A stretch of DNA of 64,000 bases from Candidatus Moraniibacteriota bacterium (GCA_040772365.1 JAXGYI010000001.1:5416-69415); one strand, 5' to 3'; positions 38,369 through 49,555 are shown, counted from the first letter of the stretch. Numbers and translations are program-made. The notes: a model not told the origin generated them from the letters alone.

Positions 38369-39334
38369 ATGCATAAACGTGTGCGAAAAAAACTTCTGCA
38401 GCGCTATGGGCGTATTTTTGGTCAAATGGTTATCGTGATCGTGTCTTTGTGGTGGGTGTGGGCTTCTACGGGGTATCGATTTTCAGAGTATGATTTTGTG
38501 GAGCGTGTAACGATTGTGGATGATGGGGTGGTATTCGTTTTTGATCATCTTCATGCATATACTGTGGATGACGTGCTCTGTGCTGCTGGGATAACACTGG
38601 CACATGATGACCGTGTTTTTCCTGCACGCGAAGATCGGGTGTTCTCTGAGGATGTGATTACGATTGATCGTGTACACACCGTTACTATTACGGTAGACAA
38701 AGAGCAGTATGTTGTACAGACATTTCGTGATCGTGTTGGTGATGTACTTGTGCGCGCGGATGTGCATCTAGACTCTGACGATCTTGTGGAGCCATCACGT
38801 GCGTATGTTGTGATGGGTCATATGGATGTTGCAGTGACGCGTGTGGTGATCAAAGAAGAGGCGGTGACACAGAAGATTCCATTTGACACGAAGGAGGTGG
38901 AGGATGCAACGATGAGTTTTCTTAAAAAAACTATTACTCAAAAAGGAGAATATGGCATCAAAAAGATTACGTATCGCGTGGCATATCATGATGGTGTGGA
39001 GGTAAAACGGAGTGTTATGGGCACAGAGATTACAAAAGAGCCAGTGACAGAGAAGGTGGCACAAGGTACGAAAGTGACAGTGCGTAAAACACACAGAGGT
39101 GCGTGTTCCTGGTATAGCCACACAGGAACACTGTCAGCGGCAAATCCATGGATGGCCATTGGGTCGTATGCACGTGTGACAAATATGGAAAATGGCAAAT
39201 CTGTGATTGTGCGCATTAATGATCGTGGCCCGTTTGTACAAGGACGTATCATTGATTTAGACAAAGTAGCATTTGAAAAAATTGCATCGTTGGGGGCTGG
39301 TGTGATTACAGTAAAGGTAGAGGAGATCTACTAG
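38369..39334 (+). CDS. DUF348/G5/RlpA-like (DPBB) cell-wall protein
   Basis: TM helix, ubiquitin-like repeats, G5 domain, VRINDRGP..GRIIDL; upstream of rsmA like yabE/rpfB. Confidence 0.88.
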   Translation: MHKRVRKKLLQRYGRIFGQMVIVIVSLWWVWASTGYRFSEYDFVERVTIVDDGVVFVFDHLHAYTVDDVLCAAGITLAHDDRVFPAREDRVFSEDVITIDRVHTVTITVDKEQYVVQTFRDRVGDVLVRADVHLDSDDLVEPSRAYVVMGHMDVAVTRVVIKEEAVTQKIPFDTKEVEDATMSFLKKTITQKGEYGIKKITYRVAYHDGVEVKRSVMGTEITKEPVTEKVAQGTKVTVRKTHRGACSWYSHTGTLSAANPWMAIGSYARVTNMENGKSVIVRINDRGPFVQGRIIDLDKVAFEKIASLGAGVITVKVEEIY

Positions 39335-39533
39335 GCTAAACGTAAGATTATTTTTCTTCTGTTAGGTACCCATAATGTGTCGCCAAGGATACCATCAATA
39401 AAAATTGCACAGAGTGGCATATTTCGGGCTGTGAGTGAAGCCTAGCGATGAGGTAGTTGTCAAAATTCTATATAGTGAAAACTTGTGCAGCTAAGGGTTC
39501 TCCTCTAGTATAATGATACTATCGTATAAAGAA

Positions 39534-40355
39534 ATGAACATGGTGGCATTTGCATATAACAAATCTCTCGGACAGCATTTTTTGCGCAATACAGAAATTG
39601 TGCATGACATTGTAGAGATTGCGAAGATTACATCTCGTGATATCGTTGTAGAGGTTGGGCCTGGTGACGGTGTACTAACTGCAGCGCTTGCTACGCATGC
39701 AGGCCAGGTGATTGCTGTTGAAAAAGATGCGCGACTCATTGCGACGCTACAGAAACGCTTTGCCAATATGGCGCACGTAACAATTATACATGACGATATC
39801 TTACATAGTAATGTGGAGTCTATGATTGACCGTGCTACAGCAACGCACGGGTCTGCATATAAGGTTGTGGCAAATATTCCTTACTACATTACGGCGCCGA
39901 TTTTACGATTATTCATGGAACAATCTCATCCACCACACATGATAGTGGTGATGGTGCAAAAAGAGGTGGCAGAAAGACTATGTGCTGCACCGGGACAGAT
40001 GAGTGTGTTGAGTGTTGCAGCACAATACTACTGTAGTGTGCATTATGCCCGCACAGTGGATCGTGCCAACTTTGAGCCTGTTCCTGCTGTGGATAGCGCT
40101 ATTGTAGTGTTAAAGCGACGAGCACATGTACAACCAGACGCAGAATTTTTTCGCATTGTGCGTATCGGATTTAGTGCGCGACGTAAAACACTCGTCAATA
40201 ACCTTGTAAATGGACTCCGCCTCTCAAAGCATACCGTGACTCAACTTCTTGTGGACAATGATATCGCGCCACATGTACGCGCACAAGAGCTATCTGTGGC
40301 ACAGTGGCAACAGTTGGCACGTGCTGTTAGGAAAGTACACGAAAAAATACTATAG
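39534..40355 (+). CDS. rsmA: 16S rRNA adenine dimethyltransferase
   Basis: SLGQHFL, EVGPGDG, ANIPYYIT. Confidence 0.96.
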   Translation: MNMVAFAYNKSLGQHFLRNTEIVHDIVEIAKITSRDIVVEVGPGDGVLTAALATHAGQVIAVEKDARLIATLQKRFANMAHVTIIHDDILHSNVESMIDRATATHGSAYKVVANIPYYITAPILRLFMEQSHPPHMIVVMVQKEVAERLCAAPGQMSVLSVAAQYYCSVHYARTVDRANFEPVPAVDSAIVVLKRRAHVQPDAEFFRIVRIGFSARRKTLVNNLVNGLRLSKHTVTQLLVDNDIAPHVRAQELSVAQWQQLARAVRKVHEKIL

Positions 40356-41958
40356 CAATGCTCATCGCATAGATGGTGACGATACCAAAGATGGTCCAGA
40401 GTATGCTGTGTGGTGTAAAGCGGAATTTTTGTGCACGGTGTGCGGTAACAGCCCAAAAAGCAACACTACCACAGCAGAGGGCAGGTATGAAGAGCATGCG
40501 AACGTTAAGGAGAAAGACGCTAAGGAGGAATGCTATGAAGATGCCGCTGCCGATGATCACGCGTCCAGTACGTTCACCGAAAAGCACCGGTATGGTAAAA
40601 ATCTGGTGTTTCTTATCTCCGCGGATATCTTTGAGATCTTTTAGTGGTAGTGATATCGTATAGGCAATAATGAGAAGGATACCAATACGCATCGGGAAAT
40701 TCTGTAGATCATGTGCAGGGTTGATGAGAATAAATCCAATCGCTACGATGAAGAATGATGCAATTGCTGCAAGAAATGTGGCGATGACAGGAAAGCGCTT
40801 GAGGCGTAACGGTGGTGTGTTGTAGAGATAGGAGAGTGTATGATAGCCAATGAGGAGTAGAGCGGCGTGCGGGAGGAGGATGGCGATATACACACAGGAA
40901 AGTATTGTGAGAAATACACCCACAGATCGATAATCGCGTATCGTGATGGCGCGGGTGATCAGCGGACGCCGGGGATTGCTAATGCGGTCAATGTCGATAT
41001 CAACAATATCATTGAAGATAACAGTGGCATACCATGCCATAATCACAGCAAGCAGTGCAACGATTATAGCCATGACGGAGAAGGGGTTCCACAAGATGGT
41101 TGCATCGGTAAAGTGCCAGGCGATGAGCATGCCTAGAAGCAGTAGCCCGCTGTGATAGAGCGTTTGCACAGGCCGAATGTTGCGCAGTAAAGCTATGCAC
41201 TGTGTGGGGCGAAATGTATACCATAGCCATGCGACCAAAAACGGAATGATAATGGCATACACAAGTGACATTTTGATATTGCCCGAGCTTGTGATGTCGG
41301 TAATAGGTGTTGTAAGGATGGTTGTTGGAGAAATGATGAATCCCGCTACATCAGCTCCTGTAGTGCGCAGGTGTGTGTCATGGAGGAGTATTGTGAGGAG
41401 AGAGGGAAACGCACTCATGATGAAACAGAGTATGTAGACAGCGCTACCGGCAACTATTGCACGCCACGCTGTACGCGTCACGGCATAGACATAGCCACTT
41501 ATACCAATGATGGCAGTGGCAATCATGATACGTGTGCCATAGGTGATACCACGTGTTGGACTGTCACCAAAGAATGTCCACAGACTCTGCCAGAGTCCTG
41601 CAATACCATCAAAAAGTGCGTAGCTCCAAAATGGTACGCCACTATAAAACCACTGTGCAATCAACATATCTAAAACCGGTGGACAGACAGTTAGCAAAAA
41701 ACCATATAGCAACACGACGGCCGTAGCTTGTACGGTTTTACGTGTAAGGGCAGAGACAAGGAGAAGGCAGGCAATGAAAAGCGTAGCAAAAAAGAACACA
41801 GTATGCGTCGTCTCTGTCAAATAAAAGATGCCACTACGTGGGGCAAAGTGATGTATCCATGATTCTATAAGCAGTCGGGTTGCAATGATAGCGGTAAAGG
41901 TTGTGACAAGGGCACGAAGTGATAAGGGTGTTTCGTGCAAAAATGAATAAAGGCGCAT
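40327..41958 (-). CDS. UbiA prenyltransferase family protein with N-terminal membrane extension
   Basis: NDIVDIDIDRISNPRRPL and KDLKDIRGD Asp-rich motifs, many TMs. Confidence 0.85.
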   Translation of the reverse strand: MRLYSFLHETPLSLRALVTTFTAIIATRLLIESWIHHFAPRSGIFYLTETTHTVFFFATLFIACLLLVSALTRKTVQATAVVLLYGFLLTVCPPVLDMLIAQWFYSGVPFWSYALFDGIAGLWQSLWTFFGDSPTRGITYGTRIMIATAIIGISGYVYAVTRTAWRAIVAGSAVYILCFIMSAFPSLLTILLHDTHLRTTGADVAGFIISPTTILTTPITDITSSGNIKMSLVYAIIIPFLVAWLWYTFRPTQCIALLRNIRPVQTLYHSGLLLLGMLIAWHFTDATILWNPFSVMAIIVALLAVIMAWYATVIFNDIVDIDIDRISNPRRPLITRAITIRDYRSVGVFLTILSCVYIAILLPHAALLLIGYHTLSYLYNTPPLRLKRFPVIATFLAAIASFFIVAIGFILINPAHDLQNFPMRIGILLIIAYTISLPLKDLKDIRGDKKHQIFTIPVLFGERTGRVIIGSGIFIAFLLSVFLLNVRMLFIPALCCGSVAFWAVTAHRAQKFRFTPHSILWTIFGIVTIYAMSIAIVFFRVLS

Positions 41959-42057
41959 AAAAAAAATTTATAAACACCTCTATCATAACATAGATTTTCT
42001 TCTTTCTGGAGAGGAAGCATGGTCTGAAAGGTTGTTTCAATGGTACAATGGCTTAGT

Positions 42058-44205
42058 ATGAAAGAAAACATCTTAGCACAATTGAATCCGGAGCAAAAAA
42101 AAGCAGTTGTGGCCTACGAAGGTCCGTATTTAGTACTCGCTGGTGCAGGATCAGGAAAAACAATGGCATTGACGCGGCGCATTGCCTATCTTATTCGACA
42201 TCATGGCGTTGCGGCGCATAATATTGTGGCGGTCACATTTACCAATAAGGCAGCGCGCGAAATGCGCGATCGCGTTTCCACTCTCCTACATGGCCATAGT
42301 GCATTGCCATGGGTGGGCACGTTTCACAGTACATGCGTACGGGTCTTGCGTGATCATGCCGACCGTATTGGGTATGATCGCGGTTTCACGATCATTGATG
42401 CCGCTGATCAGTTGGCACTGGTAAAACGTGCGATGAAGGAGTTGGACATTGCAATCACACAGTTGTCACCGCGCAGTGTGATGGAGAGTATCTCGCGTGC
42501 CAAAAGTGACGTACTGACACCGGAGGCATATGCAACACATGCGGACAACTATCGCGACGAACGGATTGCGCGCATCTATGAGCGCTATCAGTACACTCTG
42601 CAGAACAATCACAGTATGGACTTTGATGATCTTATTCGCCTGACGATCGCGCTTTTTGAAAAACACCCTGATCTTCTACGCACATATAATGATCGGTGGC
42701 GATTTGTATTAGTAGATGAGTATCAGGATACCAATTATGCACAATACCACTTGATTCGTCTCTTAACGCGACAGCATCATAATATTTTTGTCGTCGGGGA
42801 TGATTGGCAGTCAATCTATAAGTGGCGCGGTGCGGATGTGCAAAATATTCTACGCTTTGAGAAGGATTTTCCTGGTACAACGGTGATTGCGTTGGAGCAG
42901 AATTATCGATCACCGCAAAATGTATTGGATGTTGCCTATGGCATCATTGAGCGCACAGTGCATCGGACTGACAAGCGCATTTGGAGCAAAAACGGTGCCG
43001 GTAAAAAATTAATAACGTATGAGGCAGAAGATGAGCTTGATGAGGCAGCGTTTGTGCTTTCAACTATGCGGCAGCTGATGGAGCAGGAGGGCTACCGTGA
43101 GCGGGATTTTGTGGTGCTGTATCGGACCAATGCACAGGCGCGTGTTATGGAGGAGCTGTTGGTGCGCGAGGATGTAATGTACCGTATTGTAGGTGGCATG
43201 AAATTTTATGATCGGAAAGAAGTGCGTGACATGTTGGCATATGTGCGGCTTGTTGCCAATCCGTCGGATGCGAGTGCACTGGAGCGAGCACTACGTGTGC
43301 CAAAGAGGAGCATCGGACCAAAAACATTACATGCGTGGTTGACTGCGGCTGAGCGGATGGGCGTTAGCCCCATTGCCTTAGGTGCGGATGCGACGATGGC
43401 AGACCACTTGCCACGTAGAAAACGCGATACGATTGCGGCATTTTGTACAATGATCATGGAGGCACGTACCTTTGTGGAGACACATACGATTGCAGAGCTG
43501 ATTGCACATCTCTATACGGCAAGTGGCTACAAGGCATTTTTGAATGATGGTACGGAAGAGGGATTAACTCGTGAGGAGAATGTGCAGGAGCTGTATTCCA
43601 GTGTGTTGGCACAGGCACAGGGTCTTGAGGGATTGACGGTATTTCTAGAGCACGTGTCACTTGCTAGCGATACGGATGCTGTGGATGAGCAGAGTGGCGC
43701 GGTGCATTTGATGACGTTACACAGTGTGAAAGGATTAGAGTTTCCTGTGGTATTTGTGATCGGGATGGAGGAGGGGCTTTTGCCACACAGTCGGGCAATG
43801 GCAAATGAAGCAGAGATGGAGGAGGAGCGACGGCTGGCATATGTAGGTGTGACACGTGCCAAAAAACAAGTCTTTTTTGTCCATGCACGTCAGCGTGTGA
43901 TTTTTGGCAGCCTGCAGATGAATCAACCATCGCAGTTCTATGATGATATGCCGCAGGAGCTTTTAGTGTCCGCGCATCCGAAAAAACGCGCGCGTGTGAC
44001 TTATGGCGCCAACACGGTTGTGCCGTCTGATGCGAAAACGCGCGATGTCCAGCAAATGTTTGCGGATGGCGATGCTGTGGAGCACCCACAGTTTGGCACG
44101 GGGATTGTGGTGGCGCAGACGGAGACGATTGTGCATGTGGTGTTTCGCGATGTCGGTCTCAAAAAACTTGCGCGCGGTATTGCACCGCTCGTGCGTCGCA
44201 CGTAA
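42058..44205 (+). CDS. pcrA: UvrD/PcrA DNA helicase
   Basis: AGAGSGKT, DEYQD, QNYRS, KGLEF, YVGVTRAK, C-terminal HPQFGTG. Confidence 0.96.
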   Translation: MKENILAQLNPEQKKAVVAYEGPYLVLAGAGSGKTMALTRRIAYLIRHHGVAAHNIVAVTFTNKAAREMRDRVSTLLHGHSALPWVGTFHSTCVRVLRDHADRIGYDRGFTIIDAADQLALVKRAMKELDIAITQLSPRSVMESISRAKSDVLTPEAYATHADNYRDERIARIYERYQYTLQNNHSMDFDDLIRLTIALFEKHPDLLRTYNDRWRFVLVDEYQDTNYAQYHLIRLLTRQHHNIFVVGDDWQSIYKWRGADVQNILRFEKDFPGTTVIALEQNYRSPQNVLDVAYGIIERTVHRTDKRIWSKNGAGKKLITYEAEDELDEAAFVLSTMRQLMEQEGYRERDFVVLYRTNAQARVMEELLVREDVMYRIVGGMKFYDRKEVRDMLAYVRLVANPSDASALERALRVPKRSIGPKTLHAWLTAAERMGVSPIALGADATMADHLPRRKRDTIAAFCTMIMEARTFVETHTIAELIAHLYTASGYKAFLNDGTEEGLTREENVQELYSSVLAQAQGLEGLTVFLEHVSLASDTDAVDEQSGAVHLMTLHSVKGLEFPVVFVIGMEEGLLPHSRAMANEAEMEEERRLAYVGVTRAKKQVFFVHARQRVIFGSLQMNQPSQFYDDMPQELLVSAHPKKRARVTYGANTVVPSDAKTRDVQQMFADGDAVEHPQFGTGIVVAQTETIVHVVFRDVGLKKLARGIAPLVRRT

Positions 44206-44385
44206 GTATCAGAAGTGTGTATATGTACTATGCTGTGTGATGTGTTGCGCTGGGATATGCCATGTCGCATATTGTCGTAGTGGGTTTTTATGCTATAATG
44301 CAACGTACGATACAAGGAAGTTCCTTACCAAATAGCTATCACATTTTACAGTGTGGTATTTTTTTATAAAAAAATGGAGGATATG

Positions 44386-44541
44386 ATGAGAAAAGAAAAA
44401 ATGACCATGGGAATAGTTATAGCGAAAGTCTTTTTAGTAATAATATTTTCGCCAATACTCCTTTTTTTAGGAGTGATGTACTTTATCGCAGATTACTGCG
44501 ATGATGTACGTCGGCGTGGAAACACCATTGTACCCTTCTAG
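44386..44541 (+). CDS. small single-TM protein
   Basis: SD GGAGG at 44376-44380; hydrophobic core; TGCTATAAT upstream. Confidence 0.55.
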   Translation: MRKEKMTMGIVIAKVFLVIIFSPILLFLGVMYFIADYCDDVRRRGNTIVPF

Positions 44542-44570
44542 GCATCAGACGTGTGCGCACACACGTCTTT

Positions 44571-45509
44571 TTATGTATTTTTTTTACCGTGAAATTTTTT
44601 GTGAACGTCTTTGAGACCTTTGTTGGTGACGTGTGTGTATACTTGCGTCGTAGTAATGTTGGCGTGTCCGAGCATGGCTTGCACAGAGCGGATGTCGGCA
44701 CCATTGTGGAGTAGGTCCGTAGCAAAGGTATGACGCAGGGTGTGTGGGTGGACATTTTTGACAATACCGGCCTTAGTGGCGTATTTTTTGACAATACGTT
44801 GAATACTACGTGTTGTGAGGCGCAATCCGCCGCTTTCGGTGTCTTTGCGTCCACGTCTGCTGTCACGTACAAAGAGTGCTGGGTCAATATCGGTACGTCG
44901 GTTCAAGTAGAGTTCTAGAGCCTTTTTGGCAGCATCAGAGATAAATACAATGCGCACAGCACCGCCTTTACCGCGTACGCTAAACTCTTGGCGGTCAAGA
45001 TTGATACTCTCTCGGTCTAGGGCAACAATTTCTGATACACGTAGTCCTGCAGAAAAAAGTAATTCCAAAATTGCACGGTCGCGTAATGATGATACATCTG
45101 ATCCATCAGCGGCAGAAATCAGCCGTATAATCTCATCATCTTCCAGAAAGGTCACAGGCTGCTCGGGATTTTTGCCGATGTCTATTTTTTCCGCTGATAG
45201 GGTGGGGATGTCGTTTTTTGCAAGGTATTTGAGGAAATTTCGCAGAGCAATGGCGTGGTAGTTTTGGGTAGCGATACTGAGGGGTTCACCCGTATGCGGC
45301 ACAGTTTGGCGATTAAGGAAAACGCGATATTTGCGTACGATATCCATAGTGATATCGCCTGGATCGCATGATTGGCAGTGTGTATCAACAAAATCTACAA
45401 AACGTTCCAAATAGTGGTCGTAGTTTTGGATGGTTTTTTGGCTGCGGTGGAGCTCTGATTCCAAATACTCCAAATACTCCATTTTTAGGTCGTAGAGATC
45501 TTTTGCCAT
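44571..45509 (-). CDS. XerC/XerD-family tyrosine recombinase
   Basis: GLRVSE, GKGG, HTLRH, LGH, TQVY catalytic set. Confidence 0.93.
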   Translation of the reverse strand: MAKDLYDLKMEYLEYLESELHRSQKTIQNYDHYLERFVDFVDTHCQSCDPGDITMDIVRKYRVFLNRQTVPHTGEPLSIATQNYHAIALRNFLKYLAKNDIPTLSAEKIDIGKNPEQPVTFLEDDEIIRLISAADGSDVSSLRDRAILELLFSAGLRVSEIVALDRESINLDRQEFSVRGKGGAVRIVFISDAAKKALELYLNRRTDIDPALFVRDSRRGRKDTESGGLRLTTRSIQRIVKKYATKAGIVKNVHPHTLRHTFATDLLHNGADIRSVQAMLGHANITTTQVYTHVTNKGLKDVHKKFHGKKNT

Positions 45510-45649
45510 AATATACTCTATACAAGGTGTTTTATACGTATTTTACCACAAAAAAATAATAGTGCGGTTTTGACAAAATGCCAGATGTCCTTATAATAGA
45601 AGAAGTCTAAAAAATAAGGTTTGCGCCGATGGTGATCAATATGCTGTGA

Positions 45650-46897
45650 TTGCCTTACGTGCATAACCATGTAAAGGACGTAGAGATTATCTCACGATTT
45701 TCCAAAATCTGCCGTGCCTGTCGCGGCATGTTCTCACGGCTATACCACATATATCTTGCGATTGAGCGTGCTGCAGTCGAGTCTTTTCGTCAACGATCTT
45801 TTTTTGGGATTGGTTATTTTATCCGCAACAACGGTAGCTTGGCAGTTCTTGTGGCAATTGCAACGCTGATTGTGTTTGGCAATATTTCTGCACGTGCTAA
45901 TGATGATGATTCGTATCTCATGGGATACCTAACGACATACAATAAGCCAACAGGTGTTATTGGGAGGACAGGAGAGTCAAGTCTTGTTTTGGATAATAGT
46001 ATTGTGAGTGATTCACGTAGTGATGTGACGACGGCAGAGCTCAAAGAGAAAGCATCACAAGAATCGCAGCTACATGTGCTGACAAATGCTAGCGAGGAGC
46101 TGCTGGGTGATGCGGCAATTATTCCACCGCGTCGTGAAGGAGCGAGTGATCCGGATAATGAAGGTGATGTGATTTTGTATACCGTGCAAATGGGCGATAC
46201 ACTCAGTACGATTGCGGCACGGCATCATGTGACAACAGAAACACTATTTTGGGCGAATGAGATTGAAAATATTGATGATATTGCACCAGGTGACACGCTC
46301 TTTATCTTGTCAGAATCTGGTGTGAAGCATAAAGTCGTAGCTGGCGATACCTTGGACAAGATTGCTGCGCAGTATAAGGTTGAGCGTAAGGATATTATTG
46401 CCTATAACACCTTACCGGCAAATGGAGAGATTGAGATTGGTGCAGAGATCTTTGTGCCGGGAGGGCGCAAGGAAATTCCACGTCCAGTGGAACAGCCAAT
46501 TCTTGCACCGCGCGATTATGTGGCAACGGGTACGGGGAGTGCTAATTTAGGGAGTACTGTTGTGACAAATACATCTAAAACGCGCCGCGCCGGGAATAGC
46601 TTTCCCTATGGATACTGTACGTACTATGTAGCAAATAAGCGCACAGTGACGTGGCGAGGCAATGCCGGTACATGGCTGTATAATGCGCGTGCAGCAGGCT
46701 ATGCAACAGGCAAAACACCACAGGCTGGTGCTATTGTCGTCACAACAGAGGATGCACGTTATGGACATGTAGCATATGTAGAATCTGTAGGTAAGGATAC
46801 AATTACAATTTCGGAAATGAACTATAAAGGGTGGGGCGTAGTGAACAAGCGGACATTGAGTAAAAATGCTCGTGTGATACGCGGTTACATTTACTAA
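45650..46897 (+). CDS. LysM x2 + CHAP peptidoglycan hydrolase
   Basis: YTVQMGDTLSTIA, GYCTYYV, GHVAYVE; start codon uncertain; promoter TTGACA-16-TATAAT at 45570-45597. Confidence 0.9.
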   Translation: MPYVHNHVKDVEIISRFSKICRACRGMFSRLYHIYLAIERAAVESFRQRSFFGIGYFIRNNGSLAVLVAIATLIVFGNISARANDDDSYLMGYLTTYNKPTGVIGRTGESSLVLDNSIVSDSRSDVTTAELKEKASQESQLHVLTNASEELLGDAAIIPPRREGASDPDNEGDVILYTVQMGDTLSTIAARHHVTTETLFWANEIENIDDIAPGDTLFILSESGVKHKVVAGDTLDKIAAQYKVERKDIIAYNTLPANGEIEIGAEIFVPGGRKEIPRPVEQPILAPRDYVATGTGSANLGSTVVTNTSKTRRAGNSFPYGYCTYYVANKRTVTWRGNAGTWLYNARAAGYATGKTPQAGAIVVTTEDARYGHVAYVESVGKDTITISEMNYKGWGVVNKRTLSKNARVIRGYIY

Positions 46898-46935
46898 AAA
46901 TACGCACACCGTGTGGTGTATGCGTATAGCAGTGT

Positions 46936-47637
46936 ATGATCTTTCTTTGGGGTATTCTTGTGGTTGCAACAGTTGGTATGCTTATGGCCCGCGTGCGGAC
47001 AGTGTCGCGTCAGACGGCGACATTTTTATATACACTGATTATGACATGTGCCGTTTGTGCACTCATTGTGTTGCGTGCACCACTGCTTGATGAACATATG
47101 GTGACGCAGCTACGCCTGCTTTGTGCACCACAGCAGCAAGGTGATACGCACAGATCTCATGCAGAGGCGATGGGGGCTGCTGGTGAAGAAGATCGTCATC
47201 AGAATATCACAGAGGAAGGTATGTTTGCTGTTGTTTCTGTTGTGGATGGAGATACGGTGAAGGTGCAGATGGATGATCGCAGAGAAACTGTGCGCATCAT
47301 TGGTATTAATGCACTGGAGTCTGTGGATCCACGTCGTGCGGTGGAGTGTTTTGGTACAGAGGCGTCAAAGCGGGCTACAACACTGTTATCAGAAAAAATG
47401 GTCATTCTTGAACGTGATAAAACACAGGCGGATCGTGATCGGTATAATCGTCTCTTGCGTCATGTACGACTTTCAGATGGACGTCAGTTTGGGGAAGTGA
47501 TGATTGCTGAGGGGTATGCCTATGAATATACCTATGGTACGGCTTATGCCTATCAACAGCAGTATCGTGCGGCGCAGCAAGAGGCACAGATGGCGCAACG
47601 AGGACTATGGGCACCCGATGTGTGTGCAGAGCATTAG
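46936..47637 (+). CDS. membrane-anchored thermonuclease (SNase)
   Basis: VVDGDT, DRYNRLLR, RGLW. Confidence 0.9.
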   Translation: MIFLWGILVVATVGMLMARVRTVSRQTATFLYTLIMTCAVCALIVLRAPLLDEHMVTQLRLLCAPQQQGDTHRSHAEAMGAAGEEDRHQNITEEGMFAVVSVVDGDTVKVQMDDRRETVRIIGINALESVDPRRAVECFGTEASKRATTLLSEKMVILERDKTQADRDRYNRLLRHVRLSDGRQFGEVMIAEGYAYEYTYGTAYAYQQQYRAAQQEAQMAQRGLWAPDVCAEH

Positions 47638-47740
47638 TGTGACGATAAAAAATTGACAGTGGCATTGTGCCATGGTAGGATGGTTCTTCTGTGGGTTAGT
47701 TGTTTTTTAATAAAAGAGAGCGGAAGGAAGAGGGGTTGAT

Positions 47741-48157
47741 ATGGGAAAAAGAGATCGTCCTATGCGCTCAAAGAGGCGTGAAGGTGGGTGGCGAAGCAAG
47801 CGCCCGCAAGATTTGCTCAAAAAAATCAGAGATGTGGAAGAACGAGAGAGTAGACTTTCTCGTATGTACTGGGAAGTAACTAAAGAACTAGCGCAACTAC
47901 AAAGATCTTTTTGCGCATTGGAAAAACAGTCTGTGCAGGATCGAGAGACCAGGATACGCATGTATCAAGACGCAATTCATGTCTTGGCATGTTGCGTAGA
48001 GGCATGTCGTGTTGCTACAGAGAATGTGCAGCCGCCTGGATCACATCTATCGCTGCAGGAGATGTATGTGCGACAGAAAGACGCACTACAAAAAATTCAG
48101 GAGGCGATTGCAGAGTTGGACGATGCGCGTCTCATGAAAATTTCCGATCATATCTAG
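47741..48157 (+). CDS. coiled-coil hypothetical protein
   Basis: Promoter TTGACA-17-TAGGAT at 47653-47681, purine-rich SD-like leader. Confidence 0.65.
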   Translation: MGKRDRPMRSKRREGGWRSKRPQDLLKKIRDVEERESRLSRMYWEVTKELAQLQRSFCALEKQSVQDRETRIRMYQDAIHVLACCVEACRVATENVQPPGSHLSLQEMYVRQKDALQKIQEAIAELDDARLMKISDHI

Positions 48158-48191
48158 CCAAAGATCATAGCACAGCATTTGCCTATGGTCT

Positions 48192-49379
48192 TTATTTTTT
48201 TACTGCGTCAATAATGGCATTGATTGCTTCAAGATCCGGACAGCCGTATTTCATATGTGCTGAGTAGAAGCGACGACGTGGTCCGTGACAGCCGCCGTTA
48301 TCTTGTGGTAGAGGGGTGAGCAGCGGCAAGAGAAAGCCGACATCTTGAGTGATAAACGTCGTATGCAGTTTTTGTAGAGTGGCGTGACGCCTGTCTGTAC
48401 TCATGAGTGCAAATGTGCTCATATCATCACCCTTGATACCGCTCCAATCCAAATGTACAAAAACATTATGGGCTTTTGATTTAAATGTATCGTGCCACAG
48501 CAATGCCCAGCACCACCCTTCTTTTGTCGTATTGTTATACCAGCGAGAAAAACATGGATGATCCTCTACCGTGCCGTCGGAATGCAGTCCAACGCCACCT
48601 TCAATAAAGTCAAAAAAACGTAAATATTCTTCATCGGTAATATTGTTGGTTTGTGCACCAATGATAATAGAGATGCCTCTACTTTTTGCATATGTGCGCA
48701 TATCATCCAATATTACCTGCACGGATGATTTCTCTAAATCCTCTTCTTGGTGATACACTTGCCCAAATAGAAAAACGCGGATACCAATATCCATCGCGTC
48801 ACGGGTGATCTGTGACAGGTATGCACGGTACTCTGGCTCTTCTAGTGACGGTTTGCACGTATGTTCACCCCAGAAGTTCTTGGAACCATCTTTGCACATT
48901 GCGGCGAAGTTGAAACGACGATTTTCTGTGTAGTAGAAATAGTTTTCTTTCTTATGAATGGCTTCGGCGATGAACATGCCATAGAGTACGTCGGTGCGCC
49001 CGATGTCATCCATGATTTTTTGCGCCTTTGCAAAATCTGGAGAATCGCGCCATGTCTCAATAGCGCGAGAGAAGAAGTAGCATGAACTGTCGCGTGCCAC
49101 CTGCACATCTTTGCTTGTGCGATTGTAACCGCTCAAGAGTCCATCCGCAACACAGCCCTCACGCTTCATGCGGTCAATATTTGGCACGGGCCATATTTTT
49201 GTGGGTGGTGTTAGTGGTGGAGCAGTTTCGTTGTGTGTAATACGTGGGGGTACGGCAAACGTGGGCACAGGTTCACTACGCGGTGCACTGTGTGGCGCAA
49301 AGAGAACCACTCCTGCGCATAGCACATATATGGTGATGCGAGCAGTATGGTAGCGCGTTGTAAAAAAGTGTTGGAACAT
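48192..49379 (-). CDS. secreted/membrane-anchored hypothetical protein
   Basis: N-terminal TM, Pro-rich linker, Cys/aromatic-rich globular domain. Confidence 0.8.
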   Translation of the reverse strand: MFQHFFTTRYHTARITIYVLCAGVVLFAPHSAPRSEPVPTFAVPPRITHNETAPPLTPPTKIWPVPNIDRMKREGCVADGLLSGYNRTSKDVQVARDSSCYFFSRAIETWRDSPDFAKAQKIMDDIGRTDVLYGMFIAEAIHKKENYFYYTENRRFNFAAMCKDGSKNFWGEHTCKPSLEEPEYRAYLSQITRDAMDIGIRVFLFGQVYHQEEDLEKSSVQVILDDMRTYAKSRGISIIIGAQTNNITDEEYLRFFDFIEGGVGLHSDGTVEDHPCFSRWYNNTTKEGWCWALLWHDTFKSKAHNVFVHLDWSGIKGDDMSTFALMSTDRRHATLQKLHTTFITQDVGFLLPLLTPLPQDNGGCHGPRRRFYSAHMKYGCPDLEAINAIIDAVKK

Positions 49380-49464
49380 AGATCAGGTATTTCAATATAG
49401 AAACAGTGTACGCTTGTGCATACTCCAGCATAGCACGTGCTGTGTGTTTCGTGAATTCGTGTGT

Positions 49465-49555
49465 TTGACGACTGTGATTTTTTCTGCTATAATAGACATA
49501 TGAATGATGAAATCGGGTGAATCATCAGTCACAGACTGTCACCCGATTTTTCTTT
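49465..49555 (+). promoter_or_regulatory. promoter followed by terminator-like leader hairpin
   Basis: TTGACG-17-TATAAT (49465-49493); AAATCGGGTGA...TCACCCGATTTTT. Confidence 0.65.

Noticed and set aside
44571-45509. Integrase marking a prophage or island
   Set aside because: Looks like a housekeeping Xer recombinase among core genes; no att repeats or phage genes seen
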